DNA from: Spirochaetota bacterium
Lineage (GTDB): Bacteria; Spirochaetota; UBA4802; UB4802
Direction: 5' to 3'
Assembly (NCBI GenBank): GCA_029907515.1
Contig: JARYLT010000002.1
Span: 14,343 to 78,342 of the forward strand
DNA: 64,000 bases
Shown here: piece by piece, positions 63,723-64,000 of the stretch
Position numbering within the stretch: the stretch's first letter is position 1
Layout of the letters: the number at the start of each line of letters is the position of its first letter
Program-made: the position numbers and the translations under genes
The notes under the pieces: generated by a model
The model's input: the letters and a program-made list of their open reading frames with translations, nothing else
The model's database searches: none
What the model was told of the DNA's origin: nothing

Positions 63723-63998
63723 TTATGAAAAATCAATGAACATAAAGGCAACATCGTCTTTTCGGTCATGAAGTGGAGAGAAGTGGTCAAGAGTCTGCAA
63801 AAGATGCTCACAAAAATCATCAGGTTTTTCATTGTGTTGTTTCAAAAATTTTGCCAATCTTTGTTCACCAAATTCCTCTTTATTATCATTTTTTATTTCA
63901 GTTATTCCATCAGTATAGAGTATGCACCTGTCACCTTGTTCAAAATGGATTGTTTTTTGTTCATAAAGTGATTCATCCTGGATACCTAAAAATAGACC
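63723..63998 (-). CDS. SpoIIE/RsbU-type PP2C phosphatase, 3' part (runs off the window; absent from ORF track)
   Basis: Manual translation GLFLG...GDRCILYTDGITE...EEFGEQRL...DDVAFMFIDFS*. Confidence 0.9.
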   Translation of the reverse strand, partial: GLFLGIQDESLYEQKTIHFEQGDRCILYTDGITEIKNDNKEEFGEQRLAKFLKQHNEKPDDFCEHLLQTLDHFSPLHDRKDDVAFMFIDFS

Positions 63999-64000
63999 AT

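Noticed and set aside
63768-63971. 67-aa plus-strand ORF in the track
   Set aside because: It is the antisense shadow of the PP2C phosphatase 3' end (YTDGITE, DD motifs) on the minus strand

Overview
AT-rich (roughly 35% GC by eye) bacterial chromosome segment containing the replication origin: dnaA-dnaN-recF-dciA(DUF721)-DUF370-gyrB-gyrA on the minus strand, with DnaA boxes on both sides of dnaA. Several markers suggest a Leptospira-related Spirochaetota: GyrA AAYRYTE, eukaryote-type IMPDH, an OmpL37-like protein, exported HEAT-repeat proteins and a fatty-acid-centred metabolism. This taxonomy is an inference. The window is mostly core genome: leuS, purD, guaB, pyrBC, nadE, hisD, coaE, radA, surE, fatty-acid activation/beta-oxidation genes and envelope lipoproteins. 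I found no rRNA, tRNA, CRISPR array, transposase or prophage, and no clear large novel multi-gene system. The best leads are: (1) a protein apparently built from three tandem FliG C-terminal-like repeats, downstream of a PP2C phosphatase; (2) a PC4-like ssDNA-binding gene facing dnaA across a DnaA-box cluster; (3) a small YjfB-like gene with a sigma-28-type promoter and a CsrA-like hairpin RBS; (4) an EIIA(Ntr)-CLC operon with altered selectivity residues; (5) a eukaryote-type IMPDH; (6) an unannotated 35-aa ORF ahead of a TetR gene; (7) a perfect 25-bp palindrome at the fadH RBS. All family calls come from motif recognition by eye, not database searches.
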